DNA of 41,068 nucleotides from Candidatus Woesearchaeota archaeon (GCA_964615065.1 CAZTPM010000001.1:1-41068), one strand, 5' to 3'. Positions 25,240 to 34,199 are shown, counted from the first letter of the stretch. The notes: generated from the letters alone by a model not told the origin. Made by a program: numbers and translations.

Positions 25240-26289
25240 ATGTATGAGGTGATTTTTTTATTGGTCTTGGGAATGTTGTGGGTTTTATTTGCAACTTTGC
25301 AAGATTTGAAAACTAATGAAGTTGCTAATTGGGTTAATTTTTCTTTGATAATTTTTGCTCTTGGTTTTAGGTTTTTTTATGATTTCTTTGAAAATTCGAC
25401 TCAAAATGTTTTTGGAACTCTTCTTGTTTTTCTAATAACTTTTTTTATATTAATGGGAATGATTTTGTTTTTTGAAGCTTCTTTTAAAAAATTCAAAAAC
25501 GAAGTTTGGTTTTTTATTGGTGTTTTCTGTATAGGACTTATTTTGTTATTTTTTGAATTTAAATTCCAAATTCTTTTTAATTTATTTTCTCAAAATAGTT
25601 TTTCTTTTTTATATTTTGGTGTTTTAGGTTTGGTAATTTTCTTTTTAATTGGGAATTTCTTGTATTATAGCAGATTATTTGCAGGAGGAGATGCAAAACT
25701 CATGACTGCTCTTGGTTCTATTTTGTTTTTCTCTGAAAGTTTATCTTCCAATATAAATAATTTGGTTTTGTTCTTGGTTTTGTTCTTTTTTGTTGGGACA
25801 CTTTATGGTTTAATTGCAAGTTTTTATTTTTGTTTAAAGAATTTAAAGAATTTTAAAAAAGAATTTTGGAAAAGATTACAAAAAATAAAAAAAACTATTT
25901 ATGGATTTATGATTTTTGGTTTGGTTTTAATGGCAATAGGTTTTACTGAAAATTTATTTTTTGTTTTTGGGATTCTGATTTTTCTTTTTCCTGGTCTCTA
26001 TTTATTTGCAAAATCTATTGATGAGGTTTGTATGATAAAAAAAATAAAAACAGAAAAATTAACACAAGGGGATTGGCTTTATAAAAATTTGAAAATTGGA
26101 AATAAGATGATTGAAGCAAATTGGAATGGCTTGGCAAAAAAACAAATTGATTTTATTAAAAAGAAAAAGGATTTTGTTTTAATCAGAAAGGGAATCCCTT
26201 ATGTGCCAACTTTTTTAATTAGTTTTATTTTCTTGGTTGCCGTTAGGTTTTTTGGATTCTTAAAAAATATTTTTCTTTTTTTAAATTAA
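25240..26289 (+). CDS. Archaeal prepilin/preflagellin peptidase (A24 family, FlaK/PibD-like)
   Basis: First Asp motif TLQDLKTNEV and second Asp motif FAGGDAKLM. Polytopic membrane protein. C-terminal domain ending in GIPYVPTFL. Confidence 0.85.
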   Translation: MYEVIFLLVLGMLWVLFATLQDLKTNEVANWVNFSLIIFALGFRFFYDFFENSTQNVFGTLLVFLITFFILMGMILFFEASFKKFKNEVWFFIGVFCIGLILLFFEFKFQILFNLFSQNSFSFLYFGVLGLVIFFLIGNFLYYSRLFAGGDAKLMTALGSILFFSESLSSNINNLVLFLVLFFFVGTLYGLIASFYFCLKNLKNFKKEFWKRLQKIKKTIYGFMIFGLVLMAIGFTENLFFVFGILIFLFPGLYLFAKSIDEVCMIKKIKTEKLTQGDWLYKNLKIGNKMIEANWNGLAKKQIDFIKKKKDFVLIRKGIPYVPTFLISFIFLVAVRFFGFLKNIFLFLN

Positions 26290-26906
26290 GGAATTCTTTT
26301 TGGCAACCAAATTTTTTCTGTTTTAATTTGTTTTGGTTTGAGTTTTTTGATTAATTTTGGCTTAGGTTTTTTCAAAAGAGTTTGTTGAACAAGTTCAAGT
26401 TCTTTTTCTTCTGCTTTGTATCTTTTAGAATCAATTTTTTCGTCTTTGTAAATAGGAATAAGATTAATTATTTCGTGCCCAAATAAATTCGCAGAAGCAA
26501 GCAGGATTTCTTTTGGTTTGAATTTTGATTTTATTTTTTTAGAAATTTTATCTGTTAATTTTTCTGTTTTTTTAATTAAGCTCTCTTTTTTTATGTTGTG
26601 GTCTTTTGGGATTATTAGAACATGTGCTTTTGAAATTGGGTTTATTTCTAAAACAGCTATTGCTTCGGAATTTTCATTTATTTTTCTACTTGGAATTGAG
26701 CCCGAAGCAATTGTACAAAAAACACATTCTGTTTGTTGGTCAGAATTTTTAATTAAGTTATTTTGTTTTAGAAAATTTTCAAGTTCGTGTTTATTCATTT
26801 CTTGGATTTGCGAAATCGCTGTTGCTTTTTTGTCTTCAGGAAAGTTTTCTTGGATTTGTTGAATAAGTTGGGATTTGACTTGTTCAATTTGTTGTTTTTG
26901 TAGCAT
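26286..26906 (-). CDS. HIT-superfamily protein with N-terminal coiled-coil extension and degenerate histidine triad
   Basis: CVFCTIASGSIPSRKINENSEAIAVLEINPISKAHVLIIPKDH matches the HIT N-terminal core. The expected HxHxHxx position reads GHEIINLIP. Confidence 0.6.
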   Translation of the reverse strand: MLQKQQIEQVKSQLIQQIQENFPEDKKATAISQIQEMNKHELENFLKQNNLIKNSDQQTECVFCTIASGSIPSRKINENSEAIAVLEINPISKAHVLIIPKDHNIKKESLIKKTEKLTDKISKKIKSKFKPKEILLASANLFGHEIINLIPIYKDEKIDSKRYKAEEKELELVQQTLLKKPKPKLIKKLKPKQIKTEKIWLPKRIP

Positions 26907-26915
26907 TTTAGTTCT

Positions 26916-27548
26916 TTATTTTTTGATTATTTTTTTAGGAACATATGAATTTATTACATACATTTCTTTTCCTTTTAGATTTTTAAATTTATACCATCTA
27001 AAGTCGCAATTAGGGGTTTTTATTGTAATAAAATTTTTCATTGTTTTAAAGAAATTTTTTGAAGAGTGTTTTATTGCCCAGAAAAAGTTTCCAGTCCATA
27101 ATCCAAAGTACATAGAAAATATAACAAACAAAAACCAACTTTCAAAAGAAACACTATTTTCATTTAGTTTTTTTTCTATTTTCTTTGTTTGTCCATATTT
27201 TTGTTTAAAATCTTTTGAATTGTAATATTTTTCGTCTTTTAATTTTTCTTTTATTTGTTTTGCTATTTTAATCCTTTTTTTGATTAAGTGATTAAACTCT
27301 TTTTCTAAAAGAATCGGTTTCATTAATGTAAATTTAAGAATTTTATAATATAATGAGATAAGAAAGGAATAAACCGCAGTGTAGAAAATTATTAAGACAA
27401 TTAAATTTAATAAATTATTTTTGAATACTTGGGCATTTTTGGAGTAAATAAAGATGATTAAAGAGATTAATAAAAAAAGAATGAATGTGGCAACTAAAAA
27501 AACAAGAGGTTCTATCTTGTTCCAAAACTTTTTTGTTTTTTTAAACAT
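26916..27548 (-). CDS. Membrane protein, unknown function
   Basis: Several hydrophobic helices, for example LVFLVATFILFLLISLIIFIY and LIVLIIFYTAVYSFLISLYY. Confidence 0.4.
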   Translation of the reverse strand: MFKKTKKFWNKIEPLVFLVATFILFLLISLIIFIYSKNAQVFKNNLLNLIVLIIFYTAVYSFLISLYYKILKFTLMKPILLEKEFNHLIKKRIKIAKQIKEKLKDEKYYNSKDFKQKYGQTKKIEKKLNENSVSFESWFLFVIFSMYFGLWTGNFFWAIKHSSKNFFKTMKNFITIKTPNCDFRWYKFKNLKGKEMYVINSYVPKKIIKK

Positions 27549-27744
27549 AATTTAATCAGAAAAAGTGGATTAATATATTTAACTATCCTCGGCTTTGGTG
27601 AATTCCTATAAGATTATTTTTTGATTTTTGGTAATTCCCACTATAAATCCTCATTTCATTCGGAAACCCTCCCTTAATTTTTATTGCTTTACCAAATAAA
27701 TTAATCCAAAAACCAAAAATTTAAATGGTTTCACCAAAGCTATT

Positions 27745-28017
27745 TTATCCAAAAGCTCTTCGCATATCTATTACTTGGGAAGAACTAACATTTTCAATTT
27801 TTTCTAAGCCCTCTTCGATTGGTTCCAGTTCTTGGCTTTCGTCTATTTCAAAGAAAAGAATAACTGCTTTTAGCCCGAATGCAATTGGTTCTTCTTCAAA
27901 CCTGCATTTTTTCCCGCCTTTTTTTTCAACAAGTATTTTTGCATTTCCTTTTATTTTTTCTAAATCTACTTCTGGTGAAGTTGGCATTAATTTTATTTTT
28001 AGTAAAGCAGTTCCCAT
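27745..28017 (-). CDS. Archaeal translation elongation factor 1-beta
   Basis: About 90 aa, MGTALLKIKLMPTSPEVDLEKIK...EEPIAFGLKAV...VIDMRRAFG. Typical aEF-1-beta length and motifs. Confidence 0.8.
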   Translation of the reverse strand: MGTALLKIKLMPTSPEVDLEKIKGNAKILVEKKGGKKCRFEEEPIAFGLKAVILFFEIDESQELEPIEEGLEKIENVSSSQVIDMRRAFG

Positions 28018-28124
28018 ATTTTAGGTTGAGAAAAAGAGTTTATAAGTTTTTTGAAGGTTATATTTTTTTAAAGTTGTTAATTAGTAATCGTTAGATTTTT
28101 AAGTAGAATTATCTTTAATAATTT

Positions 28125-28481
28125 ATGAAAAAAGAAATAATAATTTATCTTGTGGTTGCTTTAATGATTGGGTTAATAATCGGGTTAGTTCTTGCGAATT
28201 TATCTTCTTCAAATAATCAAGTATCTAATAATGAAAATTACAAAGATATTGGGGTATATATTTATGGTAAATATGATGGGAAAAGCACACAATTTGTTGT
28301 TGAGCAAGAATATTCTTCAGCAGGAGTTGATGAGCGGACTTGTATAAATGAATTTCTTGATCGGAACGTACATTATGATCAATATGATCATGGTGGAAAA
28401 TATTATTGCAAATTAATTGCAGCCACTTTTTCCTCTAAGTATAATAAGCAAACTGCTATTTGTGATTGTTATTACAAATAA
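28125..28481 (+). CDS. Small membrane-anchored Cys-containing protein, unknown
   Basis: N-terminal TM IIIYLVVALMIGLIIGLVLANL. Confidence 0.35.
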   Translation: MKKEIIIYLVVALMIGLIIGLVLANLSSSNNQVSNNENYKDIGVYIYGKYDGKSTQFVVEQEYSSAGVDERTCINEFLDRNVHYDQYDHGGKYYCKLIAATFSSKYNKQTAICDCYYK

Positions 28482-28603
28482 ATTAATTTAATCAGCGTCA
28501 ACACTTATTAGGATTTTTAACTTTATATTTATTGCTAATTATGACGAGTTTTTTTTGTGAATTGAATAAAGTTAGAAGTTAAGTTTTTAAGGGGTCGTTA
28601 TAT

Positions 28604-28876
28604 TTATTTAAATTTTTTTATGATATGCTCTTTTTTCTCACTAATTAATGTTATCTTATTTTCATCTAATAACTTTTGAAATTTAGTTGTAAATTCTTCT
28701 AAATTATTGAAAAAAGTTTGCTTTGATTTTAGATCTTTAGATTTATTTGTAAGCAAAGTTATTACCCCATTTCCCCCTGCTGTTTTTTTATTTGATTCTT
28801 CTGGAAATTTATCAGTAAAAAACCCAACCTTAAACCAAATCATTTTCTTGTCTTTATTTTTTATTTCTTTAATCAT
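28604..28876 (-). CDS. Hypothetical 90-aa protein
   Basis: ORF only. I recognise no motif. Confidence 0.3.
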   Translation of the reverse strand: MIKEIKNKDKKMIWFKVGFFTDKFPEESNKKTAGGNGVITLLTNKSKDLKSKQTFFNNLEEFTTKFQKLLDENKITLISEKKEHIIKKFK

Positions 28877-28947
28877 TTTTTAGATATAATGTTTAATCTT
28901 TATATTTTAAGTGGAACCTTCTTTATAAATGTGCTTATTAAAGAATC

Positions 28948-29192
28948 TTGTTTGGAATTTGATTTTAAAACCGAAAATTAGTTCGCAATAAATTGCTCAA
29001 ATTAATATAACTTCAAAATCGCCTTTGGCAGATTTTTCCGTCGTTAAAATTGTTAATATGCAAAATCCTAAATAATCTTAATTATTTTTTTAAAATTTTG
29101 GCTTGACGAAGTTTGGCAAAATTTATTAATTGTGAACAAAGTGAACCAAATTTAAAGGTAAAATAAGGGGGTATATGTTAGTCGCTTTCATA
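28948..29192 (+). repeat. Intergenic repeat element, copy B (about 245 nt); paralogue of 24428-24632
   Basis: Same ordered blocks as copy A. Core at 29128-29192. Ends 44 nt before the rpa ATG, compared with 50 nt for copy A and the pilin ATG. Confidence 0.6.
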
Positions 29193-29235
29193 TGAACACA
29201 CAAATACTTAAAAATGGTAAGAGTTTTTTTCATAG

Positions 29236-30189
29236 ATGGCTGAAGGAAATTATGAAAAGATTTTAGACAGAATTTCTAGGGCGTCGGGTTTGGAAAAAGA
29301 GGAATTAGAAAGAAGAGTTGAAGCAAAGCGGGCAAAGCTTGCTGGTCTTATTAGTAAAGAAGGTGCTTCTCAGGTGGTTGCTGCTGAGCTTGGTATTTCT
29401 TTTGATGAAGAAAAATTAAAAATAAATGAATTGCTTTCTGGGATGAGAAAAGTGAATGTGGTTGGTAAAATTATTCAGTTGTTTCCTGTTCGAACTTTTA
29501 CAAAAAATGAAAAAGAAGGGAAAGTTGTAAATTTTGTGCTTGCCGACGAGACCTCAAATGTGCGTGTTGTTTTGTGGGATGTTAATCATATCGCTTTAAT
29601 TGAAAACAACCAAATTAAACAAGATAGTGTTGTGGAAATTACAAATGCAAGTATGAGGGACAATGAAATTCACGTGGGCAGTTTTTCAGATTTGAAATTA
29701 AGCAAAGAAATTTTAGAAAATGTTAAAACAGAAAAAATCGTTAAAGAAAAAAAAATAGTTGAATTTAGATTGCAAGATTCTGTGAGCACGAGAGCTTTTA
29801 TTGTTCAAAATTTTGAGCCAAGGTTTTTTTATGTTTGTCCTGAATGTAAAAAGAAAGCTAGTCCAGAAGGAGAAAATTTTGTTTGTGTTGAACATGGAAA
29901 GGTTATTCCAGAAAAAAGAGCATTGATTAATTTAGTTTTAGATGATGGAACTGAAACAATTAGGTCTGTTTTATTTCATGAGCAACTTTCTAAAATTGGT
30001 TTTACAGATTTGGAAAATACTGAGGAAATATTAAAGCAAAAACAAAATCTTTTAGGAAAAGAAATGATTTTTTCAGGAAATATTAGAAATAATAAATTTT
30101 TCAACAACCCAGAATTTATTGTTGATGATGCAAAAGAAGTTGATTTAGATGCACTAATAATAGATTTGGAAAAAACGTCAAGTTTATAA
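29236..30189 (+). CDS. rpa: Replication protein A-like ssDNA-binding protein (OB folds plus zinc ribbon)
   Basis: N-terminal YEKILDRISRASGLEKEELERRVEAKRAKLAGLISKEGASQVVAAELGI. OB-fold VVGKIIQLFPVRTF...VVNFVLADETSNVRVVLWD. Zinc ribbon CPECKKK..x..CVEHG. Confidence 0.75.
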   Translation: MAEGNYEKILDRISRASGLEKEELERRVEAKRAKLAGLISKEGASQVVAAELGISFDEEKLKINELLSGMRKVNVVGKIIQLFPVRTFTKNEKEGKVVNFVLADETSNVRVVLWDVNHIALIENNQIKQDSVVEITNASMRDNEIHVGSFSDLKLSKEILENVKTEKIVKEKKIVEFRLQDSVSTRAFIVQNFEPRFFYVCPECKKKASPEGENFVCVEHGKVIPEKRALINLVLDDGTETIRSVLFHEQLSKIGFTDLENTEEILKQKQNLLGKEMIFSGNIRNNKFFNNPEFIVDDAKEVDLDALIIDLEKTSSL

Positions 30190-30211
30190 AATATTATTTC
30201 ATTATAATAAA

Positions 30212-31426
30212 ATGAAAAAAGAGGAACTACCTATTTTAGTTGGATTGGTTTTAGTAGGTTTTTTTATTTTATTTATTTTAGCGTCGTCTGTGGGTAATTT
30301 AAGTTTGACTGGGCATGTTACAAGTATGGATGAATTTGAAAATCAAACATCTTGTGAAGGGGGGGGGTATGTTTGGTATTCGGATGCTTGTTATGATGAA
30401 CAGCCTGTTTGTGATATTAATAATTTGAATTTATGCAATGAAACAAGTTGTGAGGGTGTAGGATATTGGTATGATGCTAATGATAATGAGACCTTAACTT
30501 GTAATGCAGAATCTGAACCTGTTTGTGATGCTAATGATTTAACTTTATGTTTAGATGAAATAAATTGCACTACCCTTGGAAATGGATATTGGTATGATGG
30601 CTCTTGTAATGCAGATGAACAACCTTCTTGTAGTAATGATTTAACTTTATGTTTAGATGAAATAAATTGCACTACCCTTGGAAATGGATATTGGTATGGT
30701 AGCTCTTGTAATGTAGGAGCACAACCTGTTTGTGATGTTAATAATTTAAATTTATGTGATGAAACAAATTGTGATGGTGTTGGGTATTGGTATGATAGCT
30801 CTTGTAATGCAGATGAACAAACATGTGCAGAAGAATGGAATTGTGGTAGTTGGTCAGATTGTTCAGGGACCTCTCAAACAAGAACTTGCACAGACACAAG
30901 TGAATGTGGAACAGAAGAAGATAAACCAATAGAAACTCAAGAATGTGAAGAAGAAGAAATAATTATAACAACAGAAGAAGATGAAGAAGAAACAACTCAA
31001 ACAGAATCCACAACGAAAACAGTTGAACAAATTATTGCAGAAATGGAAGCTTCACAAAACACATCTAATGAAGAAGAAATTTCTGAAGAAAAAAATTCAG
31101 AATCTTTAGGAGAAATTACAGGGGGATTTGTTGAAGGAGAGTTTAATGAATCTGAATGTGATGGTTGTGTTTATGATAAAAAGAAATGTTATAACTTTGA
31201 AAAGAGAAAGAATAATAGTTATTGCACAGAAGAAGGTTGGATTGTTCAGAAAGAAATAAATGTTACTTGTGTTGAAGATTTTGAATGTTTGAGTAATTCT
31301 TGTGAAGAAGAAAAATGTGGAGATTATAATTGGTTAAGAAAGTTCTTTGATTGGGTTAAAAATATTTTTGTTAAAGAAATTCAGATTAATGAAAATGAAA
31401 CAACAGTTGTTAATTCAACTCAATAG
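30212..31426 (+). CDS. Secreted cysteine-rich repeat protein with acidic linker
   Basis: Signal anchor, then about six units of C(D/S).N(D/N)L.LC.(D/E)..C...G.GYWYD.SCNADEQP. Acidic EEEIIITTEEDEEETTQTE linker. C-terminal Cys-rich domain. Confidence 0.55.
   Translation: MKKEELPILVGLVLVGFFILFILASSVGNLSLTGHVTSMDEFENQTSCEGGGYVWYSDACYDEQPVCDINNLNLCNETSCEGVGYWYDANDNETLTCNAESEPVCDANDLTLCLDEINCTTLGNGYWYDGSCNADEQPSCSNDLTLCLDEINCTTLGNGYWYGSSCNVGAQPVCDVNNLNLCDETNCDGVGYWYDSSCNADEQTCAEEWNCGSWSDCSGTSQTRTCTDTSECGTEEDKPIETQECEEEEIIITTEEDEEETTQTESTTKTVEQIIAEMEASQNTSNEEEISEEKNSESLGEITGGFVEGEFNESECDGCVYDKKKCYNFEKRKNNSYCTEEGWIVQKEINVTCVEDFECLSNSCEEEKCGDYNWLRKFFDWVKNIFVKEIQINENETTVVNSTQ
30533..30698 (+). repeat. 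102-bp-period tandem repeat inside the Cys-rich protein gene
   Basis: The 64-nt stretch AATGATTTAACTTTATGTTTAGATGAAATAAATTGCACTACCCTTGGAAATGGATATTGGTATG is identical at 30533-30596 and 30635-30698. Confidence 0.8.
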
Positions 31427-31460
31427 TGCAGATTTGTAAAACCTGATCACTGTTTTTATA

Positions 31461-31486
31461 TAAGGGGGTTTGTCTCGTTCCTTTCA
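31461..31486 (+). promoter_or_regulatory. Bipartite upstream motif TAAGGGG-N10-TTCCTTTCA (copy C) upstream of radA
   Basis: Matches the architecture of the copies at 21137, 24604 and 29164. Lies about 118 nt before ATG 31605. Confidence 0.3.
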
Positions 31487-31604
31487 GCTTCTTAATCCTG
31501 ATGTGGAAAATTCTTGAATAATCTTTAAACTCAAATAACTATATCCTGTAAACTATATCTAAAATCTGAACAATCTTTATAAAGAATGTCTTTTTTTAAT
31601 TAGC

Positions 31605-32582
31605 ATGGTTGTGAAGAAAAAAGAAGAGCAAATTGGAGAACCTGCTTTAACAGACTTGCCTGGAATCGGACCTGCTGTTTCTGCAAAACTTGAATCTGCT
31701 GGTGTTTTTGATATGATGTCATTAGCTGTTATGAGTCCTGCTGTTCTTAGTGATTCTGCTGGTGTTAGTGTTGCTGTTGCTCGGAAGGCAATTCAAGCTG
31801 CAAGAACTATTTTGGATTTGGGTTTTCAAACAGGTGAAGAATATGCTAAAAAAAGAGAAAATGTTGTTTATATTACTACAGGAAGTAAAAATTTAGATGT
31901 CCTTCTTGGTGGGAAGGGAATACAAGGTCGAGCAATTACAGAAGCTTTTGGTGCATATGGTTCTGGGAAAACACAACTTGGTTCTACATTAGCTGTTAAT
32001 GTGCAATTGCCTTTAGAAAAAGGAGGGGTAAATGGAAAATGTGTTTTTATTGATACAGAAGGAACTTTTAGGCCTGCAAGAATTAAGCAAATTGCAGAAG
32101 CTATGGGCGCAAATTCTGAAAAGGTTTTGAAAAACATTTTTGTTGCACGTGCTTTTAATTCAGATCACCAAATTTTGCTTTTGGAAAGAGTTACTGAAAT
32201 GATAAAAGAAGGAGAGCCAATTAAACTTTTGATTGTTGATTCTTTAACAGCGCACTTTAGAGCAGAGTTTTCAGGCCGAGGTCAGCTTGCAGATAGACAG
32301 CAAAAACTGAATCGGTATATTCATAATTTAATGAAATTAGCTGAACAGCATAATCTTGCTATTTACGTTACAAATCAGGTTATGGCAAATCCTGCACAGA
32401 TGTTCGGAGACCCGACGACAGCTATTGGTGGGCACATTGTTGGCCATTCCTCGACATATAGAATGTATTTGAGAAGAGGAAAACAAGATTGTCGTGTTGC
32501 AAAACTTATTGATAGTCCTGATTTACCTGATAATGAAACTGTTTTCTTTTTAGCTGATGCAGGTATTGTTGATGAGAGATAA
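31605..32582 (+). CDS. radA: DNA repair and recombination protein RadA
   Basis: N-terminal Hh[20 protein letters not shown]. Walker [11 protein letters not shown]. Walker [13 protein letters not shown]. Also [10 protein letters not shown] and TNQV. Confidence 0.95.
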   Translation: MVVKKKEEQIGEPALTDLPGIGPAVSAKLESAGVFDMMSLAVMSPAVLSDSAGVSVAVARKAIQAARTILDLGFQTGEEYAKKRENVVYITTGSKNLDVLLGGKGIQGRAITEAFGAYGSGKTQLGSTLAVNVQLPLEKGGVNGKCVFIDTEGTFRPARIKQIAEAMGANSEKVLKNIFVARAFNSDHQILLLERVTEMIKEGEPIKLLIVDSLTAHFRAEFSGRGQLADRQQKLNRYIHNLMKLAEQHNLAIYVTNQVMANPAQMFGDPTTAIGGHIVGHSSTYRMYLRRGKQDCRVAKLIDSPDLPDNETVFFLADAGIVDER

Positions 32583-32583
32583 A

Positions 32584-32815
32584 ATGATAAATAATTGCCC
32601 ATACATAAAAATATTTGCACGAAGATATTCTTCATTCTTGTGGGGAATATAGATGTATGGTTGTAGAGATTCAACCACAAACAGTTGATTTAAAATATTA
32701 GGATTATCCTGTTTGTAACAGAGACACTCATGAAGATTGTGGGATTTTTATTAACAAAAATAATCAGATAAAAGTATTAGAGAAAATAAGGATGTTAGAA
32801 AATCTTGAAATCTAA
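32584..32815 (+). pseudogene. Possible decayed small Cys-rich (zinc-finger-like) gene: frameshift plus in-frame TAG
   Basis: ATG 32584 gives MINNCPYIK... and stops after 22 codons. The +1 frame continues LHEDILHSCGEYRCMVVEIQPQTVDLKY, then TAG at 32699-32701, then DYPVCNRDTHEDCGIFINKNNQIKVLEKIRMLENLEI and a stop. Confidence 0.25.
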
Positions 32816-32847
32816 AACCTTAAAAAATCAATTCTCTTTTTTCTTTT

Positions 32848-34077
32848 ATGGAAATTTTTGCAGACCTTCACATTCATTCAAGGTTTTCTCGGGCTTGTAG
32901 TAATAAGATAACTATTCCTGAACTTGTTAAGTGGGCAAAAATTAAAGGGCTTAATTTATTAGGGACAGGTGATTTTACACATCCTGTTTGGCTTTCTGAA
33001 ATTAAAGAATTGTTAATTGAAAAGAAGGGTATTTATTATTATCAGGATTTTGCGTTTGTTCTTTCCTCTGAAATAAGTTTAGTTTATACTGATAAAGGAA
33101 AAGGAAGAAGAGTTCATTTACTTTACCTTGCACCGAGTTTAGAAGTTGTGGATAAAATTAATTCTTGGCTTGATACAAAAGGCCGTCGGGATTATGATGG
33201 TCGTCCAATTTTTAAAATAAGTTGCAGGGATTTTGTTGCGAAGATGCAAGAAATTGATGATAGAATTGAAGTAATTCCTGCACATATTTGGACGCCTTGG
33301 TTTGGTGTTTTTGGAAGTAAGGGTGGTTATGATAATTTAGATGATGCTTTTGGAGATATGAGAAAAAATATTCATGCAATTGAAACAGGAATTTCAAGTG
33401 ATCCTGCAATGAACTGGAAAATAAAAGATTTGGGAAATATTTCTATTATTTCTAATTCTGATGCTCATTCATTTTGGCCTTGGAGATTAGGCAGAGAAGC
33501 GACAATTTTTGAATTAAAAGAAAATGAAGAATTAAGTTATGATTTAATTTTAAAACAAATCAGGGAAAATAATTTTATAGGAACTCTTGAAACAGATCCT
33601 GCTTATGGAAAATATCATTTTGATGGGCATTCTATTTGTGGTTTTTCTTGTTCTCCTGAAAAAACAAAAGAACTTAAGGGAATCTGTCCTAAATGTGAAA
33701 AACCCTTGACAATTGGTGTTGATTATAGGGTTGGGGAGTTAGGGAGTGATAATTCTAATTATGAAAAAAAGAAAAAATATTTTACTTTGTTACCTTTACA
33801 TGAAATAATTAGTTTGAATTTTAATGTTAGTATGAATACAAAAAAATGTTGGGATGTTTATAATTCTTTAATTTCAAAGTTTGAAAATGAATTTAATATT
33901 TTGCTAAATATTTCTGAAGAAGATTTTTTTAAAGAAGGTTTTGATACCCTAAAGGGCACAAGTGAAAAACTTGTTGAATTAATTTTGAAAAACCGCGAAG
34001 GTAAAATTAAAGTTAAACCTGGTTACGATGGAGAATACGGTGTTGCACTTTTAGAAGAGCAGAAAAAGTTGTTTTAA
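32848..34077 (+). CDS. PHP-domain protein with zinc ribbon, endonuclease Q-like (COG1379-type)
   Basis: N-terminal FADLHIHSRFSRA plus GLNLLGTGDFTHP. SNSDAHS. Cys cluster HSICGFSC..x..CPKCEKPLTIGV. C-terminal GYDGEYG. Confidence 0.6.
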   Translation: MEIFADLHIHSRFSRACSNKITIPELVKWAKIKGLNLLGTGDFTHPVWLSEIKELLIEKKGIYYYQDFAFVLSSEISLVYTDKGKGRRVHLLYLAPSLEVVDKINSWLDTKGRRDYDGRPIFKISCRDFVAKMQEIDDRIEVIPAHIWTPWFGVFGSKGGYDNLDDAFGDMRKNIHAIETGISSDPAMNWKIKDLGNISIISNSDAHSFWPWRLGREATIFELKENEELSYDLILKQIRENNFIGTLETDPAYGKYHFDGHSICGFSCSPEKTKELKGICPKCEKPLTIGVDYRVGELGSDNSNYEKKKKYFTLLPLHEIISLNFNVSMNTKKCWDVYNSLISKFENEFNILLNISEEDFFKEGFDTLKGTSEKLVELILKNREGKIKVKPGYDGEYGVALLEEQKKLF

Positions 34078-34199
34078 TCCCTTTTCGCGTCCTTAATTTT
34101 TAAAAATTTATAATGTGCATTTTTTGTTTGAACTTTACATTTTGGGCAGATTTCTTTTAGAGTATAAGAATTACATAATTTGCATTTGCGGAGTTTCAT
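34074..34199 (-). CDS. nop10: Nop10-like zinc-ribbon protein (H/ACA RNP component), short form; not in ORF track
   Basis: Hand translation MKLRKCKLCNSYTLKEICPKCKVQTKNAHYKFLKIKDAKRD (CxxC..x..CxxC, YTL). Lies downstream of aIF2-alpha on the same strand, a gene order I recall as common in archaea. Confidence 0.55.
   Translation of the reverse strand: MKLRKCKLCNSYTLKEICPKCKVQTKNAHYKFLKIKDAKRD

Noticed and set aside
26518-27225. Plus-strand ORFs 26518..26862 and 26875..27225
   Set aside because: Antisense to the HIT gene and the membrane protein gene, with Phe/Ile/Ser-rich nonsense typical of AT-rich shadow frames.
27640-27670. Minus-strand TTAAGGGAGGGTTTCCGAATGAAATGAGG as a fifth copy of the bipartite motif
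   Set aside because: Only the first half-site is loosely similar and the second half (TYSCTTTMR) is absent. The similarity is probably chance.
27725-28024. Plus-strand 99-aa ORF, and 27879..28094
   Set aside because: Antisense shadow of the clearly recognisable aEF-1-beta gene on the minus strand, with a low-complexity Ser/Phe-rich translation.
30391-30929. Minus-strand ORFs 30391..30672 and 30738..30929
   Set aside because: They lie antisense within the tandem-repeat region of the Cys-rich protein gene. They exist because the repeat lacks stops on the opposite strand.
32699-32701. In-frame TAG as evidence of stop-codon reassignment
   Set aside because: TAG terminates well-supported genes in this window (ends at 18894, 23008 and 31426). 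A pseudogene or non-coding explanation is more economical.
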